The position numbers were made by a program, and so were the translations under genes. A stretch of DNA of 64,000 nt, taken from assembly GCA_021850485.1 (NCBI GenBank), contig JAJZLY010000008.1, positions 113,305 through 177,304 on the forward strand, in the 5' to 3' direction. Position 1 is the first letter of the stretch. The number at the start of each line of letters is the position of its first letter. Of the stretch, positions 21,209-30,309 are shown in pieces. The notes under the pieces are model-generated. The model was not told the origin of the DNA and searched no databases. It saw only the letters and a list, made by a program, of their open reading frames with translations. Source of the stretch: Bacillota bacterium. Lineage in GTDB: Bacteria; Bacillota; Sulfobacillia; JAJZYS01; JAJZLH01.

Positions 21209-22736
21209 GGGGTGTCGGCAACCTCACCAGCCGGGGGTCGAGCAGGCGGCCAGCCAATACCACCTGGACCAAGGCCAACCCACGCGGCAGTTGATGCACC
21301 AGTTCGGGCCGGAATTTGGGCTCCATGACCAGGGTGCGGCCTTTCACCAAGCCAGCGGCGTCCTCGGTTACCCGCACCCCCATCTTGGCTCCCAGCGTGT
21401 CCTTCAGGCGGAGCAGGTCCTCTCCCGACACGCCGCCCAACAGCACCCGGTTGCGACAGTTGGCCAGCACCGACTGGGTGAGGGATTCCGGCAATTGGCC
21501 CAAGTTCTGATGCGCCAGCACAGCGCCTACCTGATCCTGGCGGGCCAGCTCGAGGAACTGGGCGAAGGAGCTGGTGGCGAAGGTCTGAAACTCGTCCACA
21601 TACAAAAAGTGTGGCGCCCCCTTGGCCCGACCCAAGACAGCTTGCTGCAATCTGGCCAGGATATAGGCGCCGAACAGCCTGCCGGCATCACCCAGCTGGC
21701 CGGCTGGCAAGGACACCACCAGCACCTCGCCGGCGGCCAAGATGCGATCCAACGGCAAGGCTTCGCTGCCGCTCATCATCCGGCTGACCTCTGGGTGATC
21801 GGCCAGCGACTGCAAGGCGTTTCTCAGGCCCAAGGTGTACTCCCGTTGCGCCTTCACCGTCCACTGGGCGTACTCGCGCCGAAAGTAGGCCTTGACCGCC
21901 GGATCGGCGCAGCGCACCAGGACCTGACGGCGGACGTCTTCTTCCGCCAAAAACGCCTGCAAATCCGCCAAACCGGCGTGTTCATCAGGCACTGCCTTCA
22001 CGGCCAGCACCGCCTGGCGCAGCAAGGTGCGACCCAGCGTGCGAAAGAAGCTGTCCGTGCTGGGAAAGAGCTTGTCCACAGCTTCCACCATCGCCCCAGC
22101 GGCCTGGTCGGGCTCGCCGGCCAGCGGGTTGAATGTGTCGGCAAAGCCCGGGCCCAGGGCGTAGACCGCTCTCCCCAGCCGCCTGGCTTCGGCTGCAGTT
22201 GCGGCCGCCAGGTCGCCCTTCGGGTCGATCACGGTGATCCCCACTGGCCGTCTCAGGTCCTGGCGGATGAGCGGTTGCAGCACACTTGCGGTCTTGCCCG
22301 AGCCGGTCGGTCCCAGGACATGCAGGTGCAGATAGCGGTCGTCCCGGGAAATCAGCACGCGGCTGCGCATCCAGCCACTGGTGCCAATCACCGCCGGATA
22401 GTCTTGATCCACTACGAAGCGGCTGCGCACCGACTGCCAGATCCACAGGGCCACCGAAACCTCGGCCAAAAAAGAGGCCGCAAGCCACCAGCCACCGGCG
22501 GCCTGTACCCCGGACAGCACCGGGACCACGACCCCGCCGAATAAGAACAAGATGCCAAGTCCATAGCGCAGGTGGAGCGAGCGGGCCAGTGGTGAACGCC
22601 AAAAACCGACCACCGCCACGGTGCCGAAGATCAGTGCCAGCTGCCACGGCCAGGGCTGGCTGTACGCCAAGATCAAGTTGACGAATCCCAGTCCGATCGC
22701 CCACGGGCCGATGAGGCGGGCCGTCAGGCTCTTAAT
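21198..22736 (-). CDS. VirD4/TraD/TrwB-like membrane ATPase (type IV coupling-protein family)
   Basis: N-terminal TMs, Walker A GPTGSGKT, IDPKGDL, Walker B FLYVDEFQ, LAHQNLGQL; reading frame is open back to 22748 and the start codon is anomalous. Confidence 0.88.
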   Translation of the reverse strand: MKSLTARLIGPWAIGLGFVNLILAYSQPWPWQLALIFGTVAVVGFWRSPLARSLHLRYGLGILFLFGGVVVPVLSGVQAAGGWWLAASFLAEVSVALWIWQSVRSRFVVDQDYPAVIGTSGWMRSRVLISRDDRYLHLHVLGPTGSGKTASVLQPLIRQDLRRPVGITVIDPKGDLAAATAAEARRLGRAVYALGPGFADTFNPLAGEPDQAAGAMVEAVDKLFPSTDSFFRTLGRTLLRQAVLAVKAVPDEHAGLADLQAFLAEEDVRRQVLVRCADPAVKAYFRREYAQWTVKAQREYTLGLRNALQSLADHPEVSRMMSGSEALPLDRILAAGEVLVVSLPAGQLGDAGRLFGAYILARLQQAVLGRAKGAPHFLYVDEFQTFATSSFAQFLELARQDQVGAVLAHQNLGQLPESLTQSVLANCRNRVLLGGVSGEDLLRLKDTLGAKMGVRVTEDAAGLVKGRTLVMEPKFRPELVHQLPRGLALVQVVLAGRLLDPRLVRLPTPRGA

Positions 22737-22748
22737 GCATGTTCCCTC

Positions 22749-24998
22749 CTAGTGCCGGATCTTCACCCGGGCGTCTTGGGCTGGTTCCAAGACGCTGGCA
22801 CCGGCTGCCGCCAGGGCGTCGCGCTCCCAGGGATGACAGGTCAGCACCACCACCTGGCGATGGGCAGAAATCTCCGCCAGTGCCGTGACCAAACGGGCGT
22901 GGCGCTCGGGGTCGAGGTGGGCGGCGGGCTCGTCGACGATCAGGGGCACGGTTTCATCGGCAAACACCAGTTCGCAAAGGGCCAGCCGCAGGCTCAGGTA
23001 GGCCAGGTCCTGGGTGCCTTGGGACAACTCCTCAGGCGCGCGCAGGGCGATTTCTCCGGGCCCCGAGATGCGGGGATCGCCACTGTCTTGCAGTGTGGCC
23101 TGATTGTACCGCCCGCCGCTCAGCCGCTCCAGCCACCTGCCCATCCGGGCCGCCAGCTCCGGTCCCATCTGGCGGTGAAACTCGGCGCCGACCTCACTCA
23201 GCACCAGTTGGGCCAGGGCGAGGGCCTGGCGTTCGTGCTGCCGGCGGCCGACCAGGGCATCTGCCCGCCGAAAGGCGGCCTCCAGCTCAGGCAACTCGGT
23301 CGGTTCGCCCAACCGCCGGCGCAGGGCTTGGGCCAGGGCCTGACTGGTCACCTGACTGGCCTGCAGGGCGGCCTCCAGGCGCTGCACCTCGCGGTCTTGG
23401 GCGGCCAGGTCTCCCGCCTCGGCCGTGTCTGCCCCGTCTTGCCAGGCGACCAGCGTCGACTCAGGCAGATCGAGCAGCCGATTGTGGGCCTGCCTGGCGG
23501 CCACCAGCTGTTGTTGCAGTTCGCCCAAGCGGTTGCGTTTGGCCGCCAGTTCGCCGAGGTCTGTGCCCTCGCCCAGTCCCGCCATCAGGCGGGCCAGATC
23601 CGCCTCGGTTCGATTCGCCTGCTCGAGTCGAGTCTGGGCCGACGCCTCCAGCCGATCTGCCTCTGCCGCCCACTCCTGCTGCGCCAGCTGCTGTTGGCGC
23701 CAGCTTGCCCAGGCGGCTTCTACGCGCCGCACCAGCTCCAAGCTCAGCACTGACTCGCCAGCCTCTTGGGCCAGGGCAGACCGCCGGCTGGAGTCGCCGT
23801 GGGCGGCGCGCTTCAGCCGCAGCGCCAAGACGCAAGCTGCTATTGCAGCCACGAGCGCTACGCCGCCAGCCGCTGGCTGACCCGTGGCGAACAGGGCGGC
23901 CGCTGCTACCACCAGCACACCACTCGCCAGCCAAGGCCACCAGGTGACCTTTTGGCTCTGAACCGGCTGGCTCTTGTTCATCTCCTGCCACGCCCGGTCC
24001 ACCCAGTCGGCGGCGATGGTCGGCGCTGGGCTAGCGGCCGCCGCCTGCGCACGCAGGGCCTCAGCGCGCTCCATCTCCTGGTGGGCGCTCGTTTGCGCGG
24101 CGGTGATCGCTTCTTTGAGGCCGCGTGCCGCCTGCGGGTCGACCTGGGCCAAGGCCGCCAGCGGCTTGATCTCTTGCTCCAACCGCTCGATCTGGGCGCT
24201 GCTTTCGGCAAGTTCGGCGATCCGGCGCTGCGCCGTCCAGCGCCGGATGGCCGCCTGCTGGCGTCTCGCCTGCGCCAGGGCCTCGGTCTGCGCCAGAGCT
24301 GCCTGCTCTGCAGCCTGCTGGGCCGCTTGGTCGACCAGCGTGCTCTGGCGGCGCTCGGTCAGCACCCGGATTTCATCCTCCAGTCGCTGGCGGCTGGCGA
24401 TGGCCTGACCGATCTTGGTCTGGCGGGCCTGGTCGGTCTTTCCGACCTCGCCCAGCTGCGTCTCGATCAGCTCCACCGCCCGTTTGACCGACACCGTCTC
24501 ATCGCCACTGCTGGTCAGGTTCGAAGCGCGTTCGTGCAGGGCTTGTGTGTCGATGGCGCCGGTGGGCAGGTCGGAGATCAGGACGCTGGCCCGAAACATC
24601 TGGGCTGAGATCCCCGCCAGCAACTCCAGGGCGACCGCCGCTCGCTCGCCGTTTGGCTGCAGATCCTGGCCGGTGGCCAGGTCGGTGACCCTCAGATCGT
24701 CCTTGCGGCTGGCCAGGCGGCGGACTATGGCCAGACGCTGGCCGCTGGCCAAGACCACGTCCACTGCCACCGTGAAGTCTCCGCCTGCCCACGGCTTCAG
24801 ACGGCTCACTTCAGGCCGGGCCCTGAGTCGGCTTCCATTCGCTTCCTGGGCACCGTACAGGGCGGCAAAAATCACCTCTGCCAGTGTGCTCTTGCCGCTC
24901 TCGTTGGCTCCGTGCACCACGCAAAGATGCTCCGGCAGCGTCAACTCCAGCGTCTCGAACAGCCCGAAGCCACGGGCCCGCACCTTTTCAATAATCAC
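22749..24998 (-). CDS. YhaN/SbcC(Rad50)-like ABC ATPase with coiled coil and central TM hairpin
   Basis: GANESGKST, LSQGT signature, LIVDEP, LTCH; GTG start at 24998 after a GGAGG RBS. Confidence 0.88.
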   Translation of the reverse strand: MIIEKVRARGFGLFETLELTLPEHLCVVHGANESGKSTLAEVIFAALYGAQEANGSRLRARPEVSRLKPWAGGDFTVAVDVVLASGQRLAIVRRLASRKDDLRVTDLATGQDLQPNGERAAVALELLAGISAQMFRASVLISDLPTGAIDTQALHERASNLTSSGDETVSVKRAVELIETQLGEVGKTDQARQTKIGQAIASRQRLEDEIRVLTERRQSTLVDQAAQQAAEQAALAQTEALAQARRQQAAIRRWTAQRRIAELAESSAQIERLEQEIKPLAALAQVDPQAARGLKEAITAAQTSAHQEMERAEALRAQAAAASPAPTIAADWVDRAWQEMNKSQPVQSQKVTWWPWLASGVLVVAAAALFATGQPAAGGVALVAAIAACVLALRLKRAAHGDSSRRSALAQEAGESVLSLELVRRVEAAWASWRQQQLAQQEWAAEADRLEASAQTRLEQANRTEADLARLMAGLGEGTDLGELAAKRNRLGELQQQLVAARQAHNRLLDLPESTLVAWQDGADTAEAGDLAAQDREVQRLEAALQASQVTSQALAQALRRRLGEPTELPELEAAFRRADALVGRRQHERQALALAQLVLSEVGAEFHRQMGPELAARMGRWLERLSGGRYNQATLQDSGDPRISGPGEIALRAPEELSQGTQDLAYLSLRLALCELVFADETVPLIVDEPAAHLDPERHARLVTALAEISAHRQVVVLTCHPWERDALAAAGASVLEPAQDARVKIRH

Positions 24999-26070
24999 TG
25001 GCCCGCCTCCCCTCCAGTGCGGCCAGACCGATGCGCAAGGCATCCGCCAGCAGCTGGCGTTGGGCCTCGTCTGCCTGCTCCATCTGAGCCATGATCCGGC
25101 CAGCGAAGCGCCCGCGCACCGTGAACTGATCGGTGAGATCGACCGGTGGCAGCCGCAGGTCGCGCACCTCGCAGTGCAGCCAGCCGCTGGCGAGCTCTCC
25201 TTGCCAGCGTCCGACCGGCCACCCGTCTTGGGCTGCCGGGCCGACCAGTTCCACCCGCAGCAAAGTCGTCTCCGGGTCCCACTCCCGTATGCGCACCGCG
25301 AGTTCGTCCAGGGCCTGCTGGTCGGTGCGAGCCGCCAGATCGACCGTCATGGTTTCGTACCGGCAGCGGGCCAGTGGTAATGATCGCCACTGCTTTTGCC
25401 GGGTCTTCAGGTCCAGATCCACGACCAGCGCACCGTGCACACCGGGCTCGTCGAAGCCAAGCGGCTCCAGCGACCCAGCATAGGCACCGAGGTCAGCGAT
25501 CGGCATCGGTTTATGGATGTGTCCGACCGCTGCCCAGATGGCGCCCAATTCAGCGAGCCGGGTGCGGGTGAAGGGCGCATAGTCGCTGTCTCCCGGCAAC
25601 TTGTCACAGTCGCCGTGAAAGACCACGATGTCCGGCCTTTGGCCTGAGGGGAAATCTGCCAGCGGGTCGGAAGGTTCGTGTTCGGCCAGAAAGCCGCGGC
25701 CCCAGATGGCGGCATCAGCCACCCTGTGACTTTGCCAGGCGCCGCCAAAAACCACCACGTTGTCCGGTCGCTCCAGCTTCCAGAAGCTGGCTGCCTCCCA
25801 GGGGTCGTGGTTGCCAGGGGCGATCAACACGGGCACAGGAGTGAGCGAGGCCAGCAGGTCGAGCACCCACTTCACCGTGCCAAGCCGGGTGCTGCGCCGC
25901 TCGAACACGTCACCGGGCAGCAACAAGGCATCCGCCTGTAGATCGCGCACCAACTCGATCAACCGCTGGAAGGTTGCGATCTGGTCCTGGCGCCGGCGTT
26001 TGCCCAACTCGTCGTCCAAGGTGGCAAAGGGACTATCCAGATGCATGTCGGAGGCCTGCACAAGGCGCAT
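24988..26070 (-). CDS. YhaO/SbcD(Mre11)-like metallophosphoesterase nuclease
   Basis: SDMHLD, GDVFE, GNHD, FHG, GHIH motifs. Confidence 0.92.
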   Translation of the reverse strand: MRLVQASDMHLDSPFATLDDELGKRRRQDQIATFQRLIELVRDLQADALLLPGDVFERRSTRLGTVKWVLDLLASLTPVPVLIAPGNHDPWEAASFWKLERPDNVVVFGGAWQSHRVADAAIWGRGFLAEHEPSDPLADFPSGQRPDIVVFHGDCDKLPGDSDYAPFTRTRLAELGAIWAAVGHIHKPMPIADLGAYAGSLEPLGFDEPGVHGALVVDLDLKTRQKQWRSLPLARCRYETMTVDLAARTDQQALDELAVRIREWDPETTLLRVELVGPAAQDGWPVGRWQGELASGWLHCEVRDLRLPPVDLTDQFTVRGRFAGRIMAQMEQADEAQRQLLADALRIGLAALEGRRASDY

Positions 26071-26232
26071 CGTATGGGCCCTCGCCCGTCCCTCCGTTTC
26101 GCTCAGGTCAAGTCCGCTGATCTTTCCCCAAGCCAGAGGACGCTACCTGCCGGGCTTGACTCGCCAGAGTGGCTGGCCCACGCTGAAGGCGAATGAGAGC
26201 CTGGCCACGGGCCAGCAGAGGAGGACCGGGCG

Positions 26233-26622
26233 TTGTTCATCCCGATGCTGAAGGCGAAACTGCATCGACTGACCGTGACTCAGGCAGACCTCAACTATGT
26301 GGGCAGTATCACGCTTGACCAGAAGCTTCTGGACGCCTCGGGTATCCGGCCCTATGAGCTCGTGACCATCACCAGCGTCGAAAACGGCACCTTCTGGCAG
26401 ACGTACGTCATCGCCGGCCCCCGCGGGTCGGGCACGGTTTGCCTGAACGGATCGTCTGCCCGCTGGTTCGCGCCTGGCGACACCATCATCGTCATGGCCT
26501 ACAACCAGTACAGTGAAGACGATCTGAAGCACTACCAACCAAAAGTGGTGTACGTGGACGAAAAAAACCAGGTCACCCGAGTCAGTGTCGACGAGACGCC
26601 GTTCACGGTGTTTAAGCCCTAG
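26233..26622 (+). CDS. panD: Aspartate 1-decarboxylase-like pyruvoyl enzyme (PanD family, atypical)
   Basis: K9, H11, G24-S25 cleavage site, T57-Y58, CLNG present; Arg54 replaced by Phe. Confidence 0.85.
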   Translation: MFIPMLKAKLHRLTVTQADLNYVGSITLDQKLLDASGIRPYELVTITSVENGTFWQTYVIAGPRGSGTVCLNGSSARWFAPGDTIIVMAYNQYSEDDLKHYQPKVVYVDEKNQVTRVSVDETPFTVFKP

Positions 26623-26773
26623 GCTCGGCACAGATCAGCCATCAGCGCAAGTCGCATGGTTTGTCCGATGGCACGACGGCAGCGGCGGACCGCCTTTCTG
26701 CGGCACAGAGAGCTGGGTCGCGATGACCCTGTGCCGCTGGGCTCAACGTAGCTCAGTCGCTGACGGCGTCGAG

Positions 26774-27208
26774 CTAGCCCCGTGAGTGATACAGATCGAA
26801 AAAGGCTCTCGGGCTGAGCACCGACACCGCTCCACATAGAGCCACCGGAAAGTGTCGGAGGTTCCCGGTGACCAGCACTGCCGGAGGGGTGACTGCGGCT
26901 GCAACCTCGAGAAACTTGCAGTCTGCAAGGTCCGGGAGCCGCCGGGCCAAGGGCCGGGCAGCTACGGTCAGGGCGTTGTACTCCAATGCCTCCAGCACGA
27001 CGCCAACCAGTGTCTGATCGAAGCGGAATGCCGGCCTACCAAGCACGTCACGGTATTCCAAGAGGATGCGGGCATCCACAGCAATTTGCTGACGGCCGCT
27101 CAGGATGGACCCCAGCAGCATGGCGGGCATGCTATCGGCCTTGAGCAATGCAGACACGATCACGTTGGTGTCAACGACGATGAAGGGGCTCGGCGCCAGA
27201 GACTTCAT
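26774..27208 (-). CDS. PIN-family toxin (PIN_3 type)
   Basis: VVDTNVIVSAL, EY, DLADCKFLE, LVTGNLRHFP. Confidence 0.9.
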   Translation of the reverse strand: MKSLAPSPFIVVDTNVIVSALLKADSMPAMLLGSILSGRQQIAVDARILLEYRDVLGRPAFRFDQTLVGVVLEALEYNALTVAARPLARRLPDLADCKFLEVAAAVTPPAVLVTGNLRHFPVALCGAVSVLSPRAFFDLYHSRG

Positions 27209-27495
27209 TCGGTAATCGGTCGCTCGCGCCGCGCCGCAGCAATCTCGGACAATACCTGCTGATCGTTCATGCGATCCGCGCCCTGGCTCGCACTTCGCGT
27301 CTGCAGTTCAACCATGGCCAAGACCGCACGCGCCTGGCGCTGGGCACGTAGCATCAGGTCAAGCGACTCTGGGGTGACCGCTGTCAGGAGCGCCACCGGC
27401 GTCCCACCTGAGGTGATAACGGCGTCAGCATTGCCCAGGTCTTTCAGAATCTGAGCCGATCGACTCCTCAGGTCACGGATGGTGACAAATCGCAC
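27205..27495 (-). CDS. Phd/YefM-family antitoxin
   Basis: VTIRDLR...VITSGGTPVALL; 4-nt overlap with the toxin. Confidence 0.88.
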   Translation of the reverse strand: MRFVTIRDLRSRSAQILKDLGNADAVITSGGTPVALLTAVTPESLDLMLRAQRQARAVLAMVELQTRSASQGADRMNDQQVLSEIAAARRERPITE

Positions 27496-27759
27496 ACGAA
27501 CACCCCCTGGCATACATTTCGCGACATTATCGTAGCACACTTCTGTTCCGTATCGGCCCGCTTACGCTCCACGTCAGGTTGGCACGAGCGCTACCAAGCG
27601 CGGCGCTGGACCCTAACGACGGCCGACGGCACGCTGCTCATCGAACATGACTCGAAGGAACGTGAAGGAACCCACGGCCCAACTTTTCGAGTCTTAGTTC
27701 ATGATAGAGATTGCACGACCCCTTCACCGTGTCCTCAGTAGAAAGGTCGGTTACACGAA

Positions 27760-29787
27760 ATGAGACCCTGGCAGTGGCGACGATGGCTGAGGTGGTCGGG
27801 CTTGCTGCTGATTTCAGCAGCACTGACCGGTTGTGGGCTTTGGCCGGCGGCCAAGCCGAAGACGCCGCCACCGGCGTCCCCACAGATGACCCAATCGGCC
27901 AAGCCGCCCACGGTGGCAGGTGCCTGGCTGAAAGTCCCGCCCGGCACGGTGCACCCCGGTGAACGGATCACGGTCACCGGATACATGCCCGGTGCCACGC
28001 CGCCTTCCGCCAGCGCAGCGGCCTATAGCAGCGCCACCTTGTGCTTTGGCGGCTGCTCGGCTGGGCTCTTGGAGCAGGCAGTACCGATCCACTGGTCCGC
28101 CAGCATCAAAGATCAGTTCACCATGACTCTGTACGTACCGGCCACCGCCTGGCTCACACCCAGCGGGACGCAGCCACTGGAAGACGGCACCTATCGGCTG
28201 TCTGCCCAGTGCGTGATCAGCGCTCCCGGCTGTGGCACCCGCCCTGGTCAGGTCAGCACCGTGGTGCACCTGGCCTCTGTCAGCTACAAGCCGTGTCCGA
28301 AGACAGCCTGTGGTGAGATCTCCCTGTCGGCCACCAGCGCCGCCCCTGGCAACCTGGTCCACTTCCATGGCTGGGCTCCCCTGAATGAGATCATCGGTAC
28401 GCCCTTTCCCTACAACCTGGTGATGGAGTCGGGCAGCCCGGGCTCACGCTTCGTTGTCACCGTCCCATCCAAGGGTAGCGGTGCCCAGAGCCCAGGCACC
28501 CAGGTGGCATCTGTCCAGCAGGCCCTTAACGGCACGTTTTCTGGTTCCCTGCGCATACCGGCTGTCTTGTCCGGTAGCCAGACCGTGACACCTGGCAGCT
28601 ACACGCTGGCTCTCCAGGCCTCTTTCACTGCAGGCAGCTTCACCGACGTGACCCTTGCCCCGACCGCACTGCAGGTCAGCGCCAATCAGACCTGGGCCAG
28701 CCTCGGCCCGCTGGCGCCGATCGCCGCCACCTGGAGCGCAAACTTGTTTCCTCCGTCTGTGTCAGCGCTGGCCCAGACCTCTAGTCAAATCGTGGCCTGC
28801 GTGAACCAGCAGATTTTGCTCTCCACGGATGGTGGCCAGCACTGGGCGCAGATACCGGATACCGCGGTGATCTCCCTGGCGGCCAAAACGGCGTATCCCC
28901 TGGCGATTGTGCCCGCTGGGACCAATACGGCACCATGCACGTCGGTGCAACTCGACCCTACCCACCCCGACACCATCTACGCCACCTTCGCTGCCGAATC
29001 AGCCCAGTATAAGAGCATTCCGCCCATCTTCACGGTTGGCTATGTGACCACCAATTTGGGTCAGACCTGGCGGGCCGTGCCACCACCCAGCGGCTACAGC
29101 CTGGGCGACTCCGGCGGCTTTCAGGCGGACGGTGCCAAGACCCTGGCCCTGTTCGATAGTTCCAACACCCAAAGCGGCCTGCCGGTCGCTCAGGTGCAAA
29201 CCACAGACGGCGGGCTGATCTGGACTTCCGGTCAGGCCACCTGCCCGGCGCTCGGGCCGTGCTTACGCTTCGGAGCCGCCCCCGCCCAGACCGGCGGCAT
29301 GGGCGTGGGCTACGCCCAGTCCCTGCAATGGTCGGCCAACGGCGGTAGCACCTGGCAGTCTCCGGCCTGGCCGTCCCAGGTCATCTTGAACCAAGGGCCA
29401 AGCCAGCTGGTCGCCCTCAGTTCCAGCCGGGCGCTGTTGCTCTCTGGGGCTTCCCAGTACCCCGTGCGGCTGACCACAGACGGCGGGCGACTGTGGCAAA
29501 ACATCGCCCTTCCGCCGGTTCCAAACGCCCAAAATGGTGCTGCCGGCCTGAGCGACGCTGTGATCTTGCCCAACGGCTCGCTGCTGGCCCAAGATCCGAA
29601 CACGCAGTCCTGGATCTTGTTGCCGGCGGGTCAGAGTGCTTGGTGTACACTCACCGGCCTGCCGTCGGGCCTCGTGTCCCAGCCGACCGTGGTCGGCAGC
29701 CAGCTCTGGTATGTCTCTGAACCGGCAAACGGCGGCCAACAGGCCATCGGTAGCACACCGCTCAGTGCAGTACACTGCGGCGGCTAG
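27760..29787 (+). CDS. Large lipoprotein with Cys-paired N-terminal domain and Asp-box (BNR) beta-propeller
   Basis: Lipobox LTGC; five Asp-box-like repeats (STDGGQHW, TTNLGQTW, TTDGGLIW, SANGGSTW, TTDGGRLW). Confidence 0.8.
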   Translation: MRPWQWRRWLRWSGLLLISAALTGCGLWPAAKPKTPPPASPQMTQSAKPPTVAGAWLKVPPGTVHPGERITVTGYMPGATPPSASAAAYSSATLCFGGCSAGLLEQAVPIHWSASIKDQFTMTLYVPATAWLTPSGTQPLEDGTYRLSAQCVISAPGCGTRPGQVSTVVHLASVSYKPCPKTACGEISLSATSAAPGNLVHFHGWAPLNEIIGTPFPYNLVMESGSPGSRFVVTVPSKGSGAQSPGTQVASVQQALNGTFSGSLRIPAVLSGSQTVTPGSYTLALQASFTAGSFTDVTLAPTALQVSANQTWASLGPLAPIAATWSANLFPPSVSALAQTSSQIVACVNQQILLSTDGGQHWAQIPDTAVISLAAKTAYPLAIVPAGTNTAPCTSVQLDPTHPDTIYATFAAESAQYKSIPPIFTVGYVTTNLGQTWRAVPPPSGYSLGDSGGFQADGAKTLALFDSSNTQSGLPVAQVQTTDGGLIWTSGQATCPALGPCLRFGAAPAQTGGMGVGYAQSLQWSANGGSTWQSPAWPSQVILNQGPSQLVALSSSRALLLSGASQYPVRLTTDGGRLWQNIALPPVPNAQNGAAGLSDAVILPNGSLLAQDPNTQSWILLPAGQSAWCTLTGLPSGLVSQPTVVGSQLWYVSEPANGGQQAIGSTPLSAVHCGG

Positions 29788-29883
29788 TCGCTGGGAAGCG
29801 CCTGGATCGGATGGTCTCCAGGCCGTCTTGAACGGAGCGGCTGGGCACCGCCGCTGCAAGATCAGGGTTGGTACAGGAGCGAA

Positions 29884-30309
29884 TCAGCGGGGAACTGGGC
29901 TGACGGCAACCACCTCGAGCAGGCCAGACAAGCCCGTGAAGTCTTGTGGATTCCTGGTGAACAGCGGGAGTTCCGCCGCCAGAGCGGTGGCGGCGATCAG
30001 CAGATCAAACGCCCGGCGACCAGGAACGGTCCCGCCAGCCGCAGCCACTGCCGCGTACATGCGGGCGTATGCTCTGGCCACATCAGCATCTACCGGCAGC
30101 GGGTCGAAGCTGGCCTCCATCCGCTGCAGCCGGTCCTGGCGCCGGGCCCGCTCCTCAGAACTGTGCGCTGCATGCGGTCCCGCTGCCAATTCAGCCATGG
30201 TGACAGCCGACACGGCCAGTTCCCGAGGCAAGTCGACCGGGTCCAGGTGCTCCAAGTCGATGACGACCGACGTGTCGACCAGCCCGCGCTCGTGGCGCTC
30301 ACTATCCAC
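29884..30309 (-). CDS. VapC toxin
   Basis: LVDTSVVID, TMAEL, FDLLIAATA, TRNPQDF. Confidence 0.92.
   Translation of the reverse strand: MDSERHERGLVDTSVVIDLEHLDPVDLPRELAVSAVTMAELAAGPHAAHSSEERARRQDRLQRMEASFDPLPVDADVARAYARMYAAVAAAGGTVPGRRAFDLLIAATALAAELPLFTRNPQDFTGLSGLLEVVAVSPVPR

Noticed and set aside
21102-24608. Long plus-strand ORFs (480, 333, 284 and 280 aa) opposite the virD4/yhaN genes
   Set aside because: Antisense shadow ORFs typical of high-GC DNA, with no motifs or RBS; the same applies to most overlapping ORFs in the track.
19830-26070. Calling the operon a complete ICE or conjugative element
   Set aside because: No integrase, VirB4, channel proteins, oriT or att repeats are visible in the window.
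22749-26070. Wadjet, Lamassu or other named SMC-based defence system
   Set aside because: No kleisin/KITE, Toprim or known effector genes; the pair matches the YhaO-YhaN architecture.
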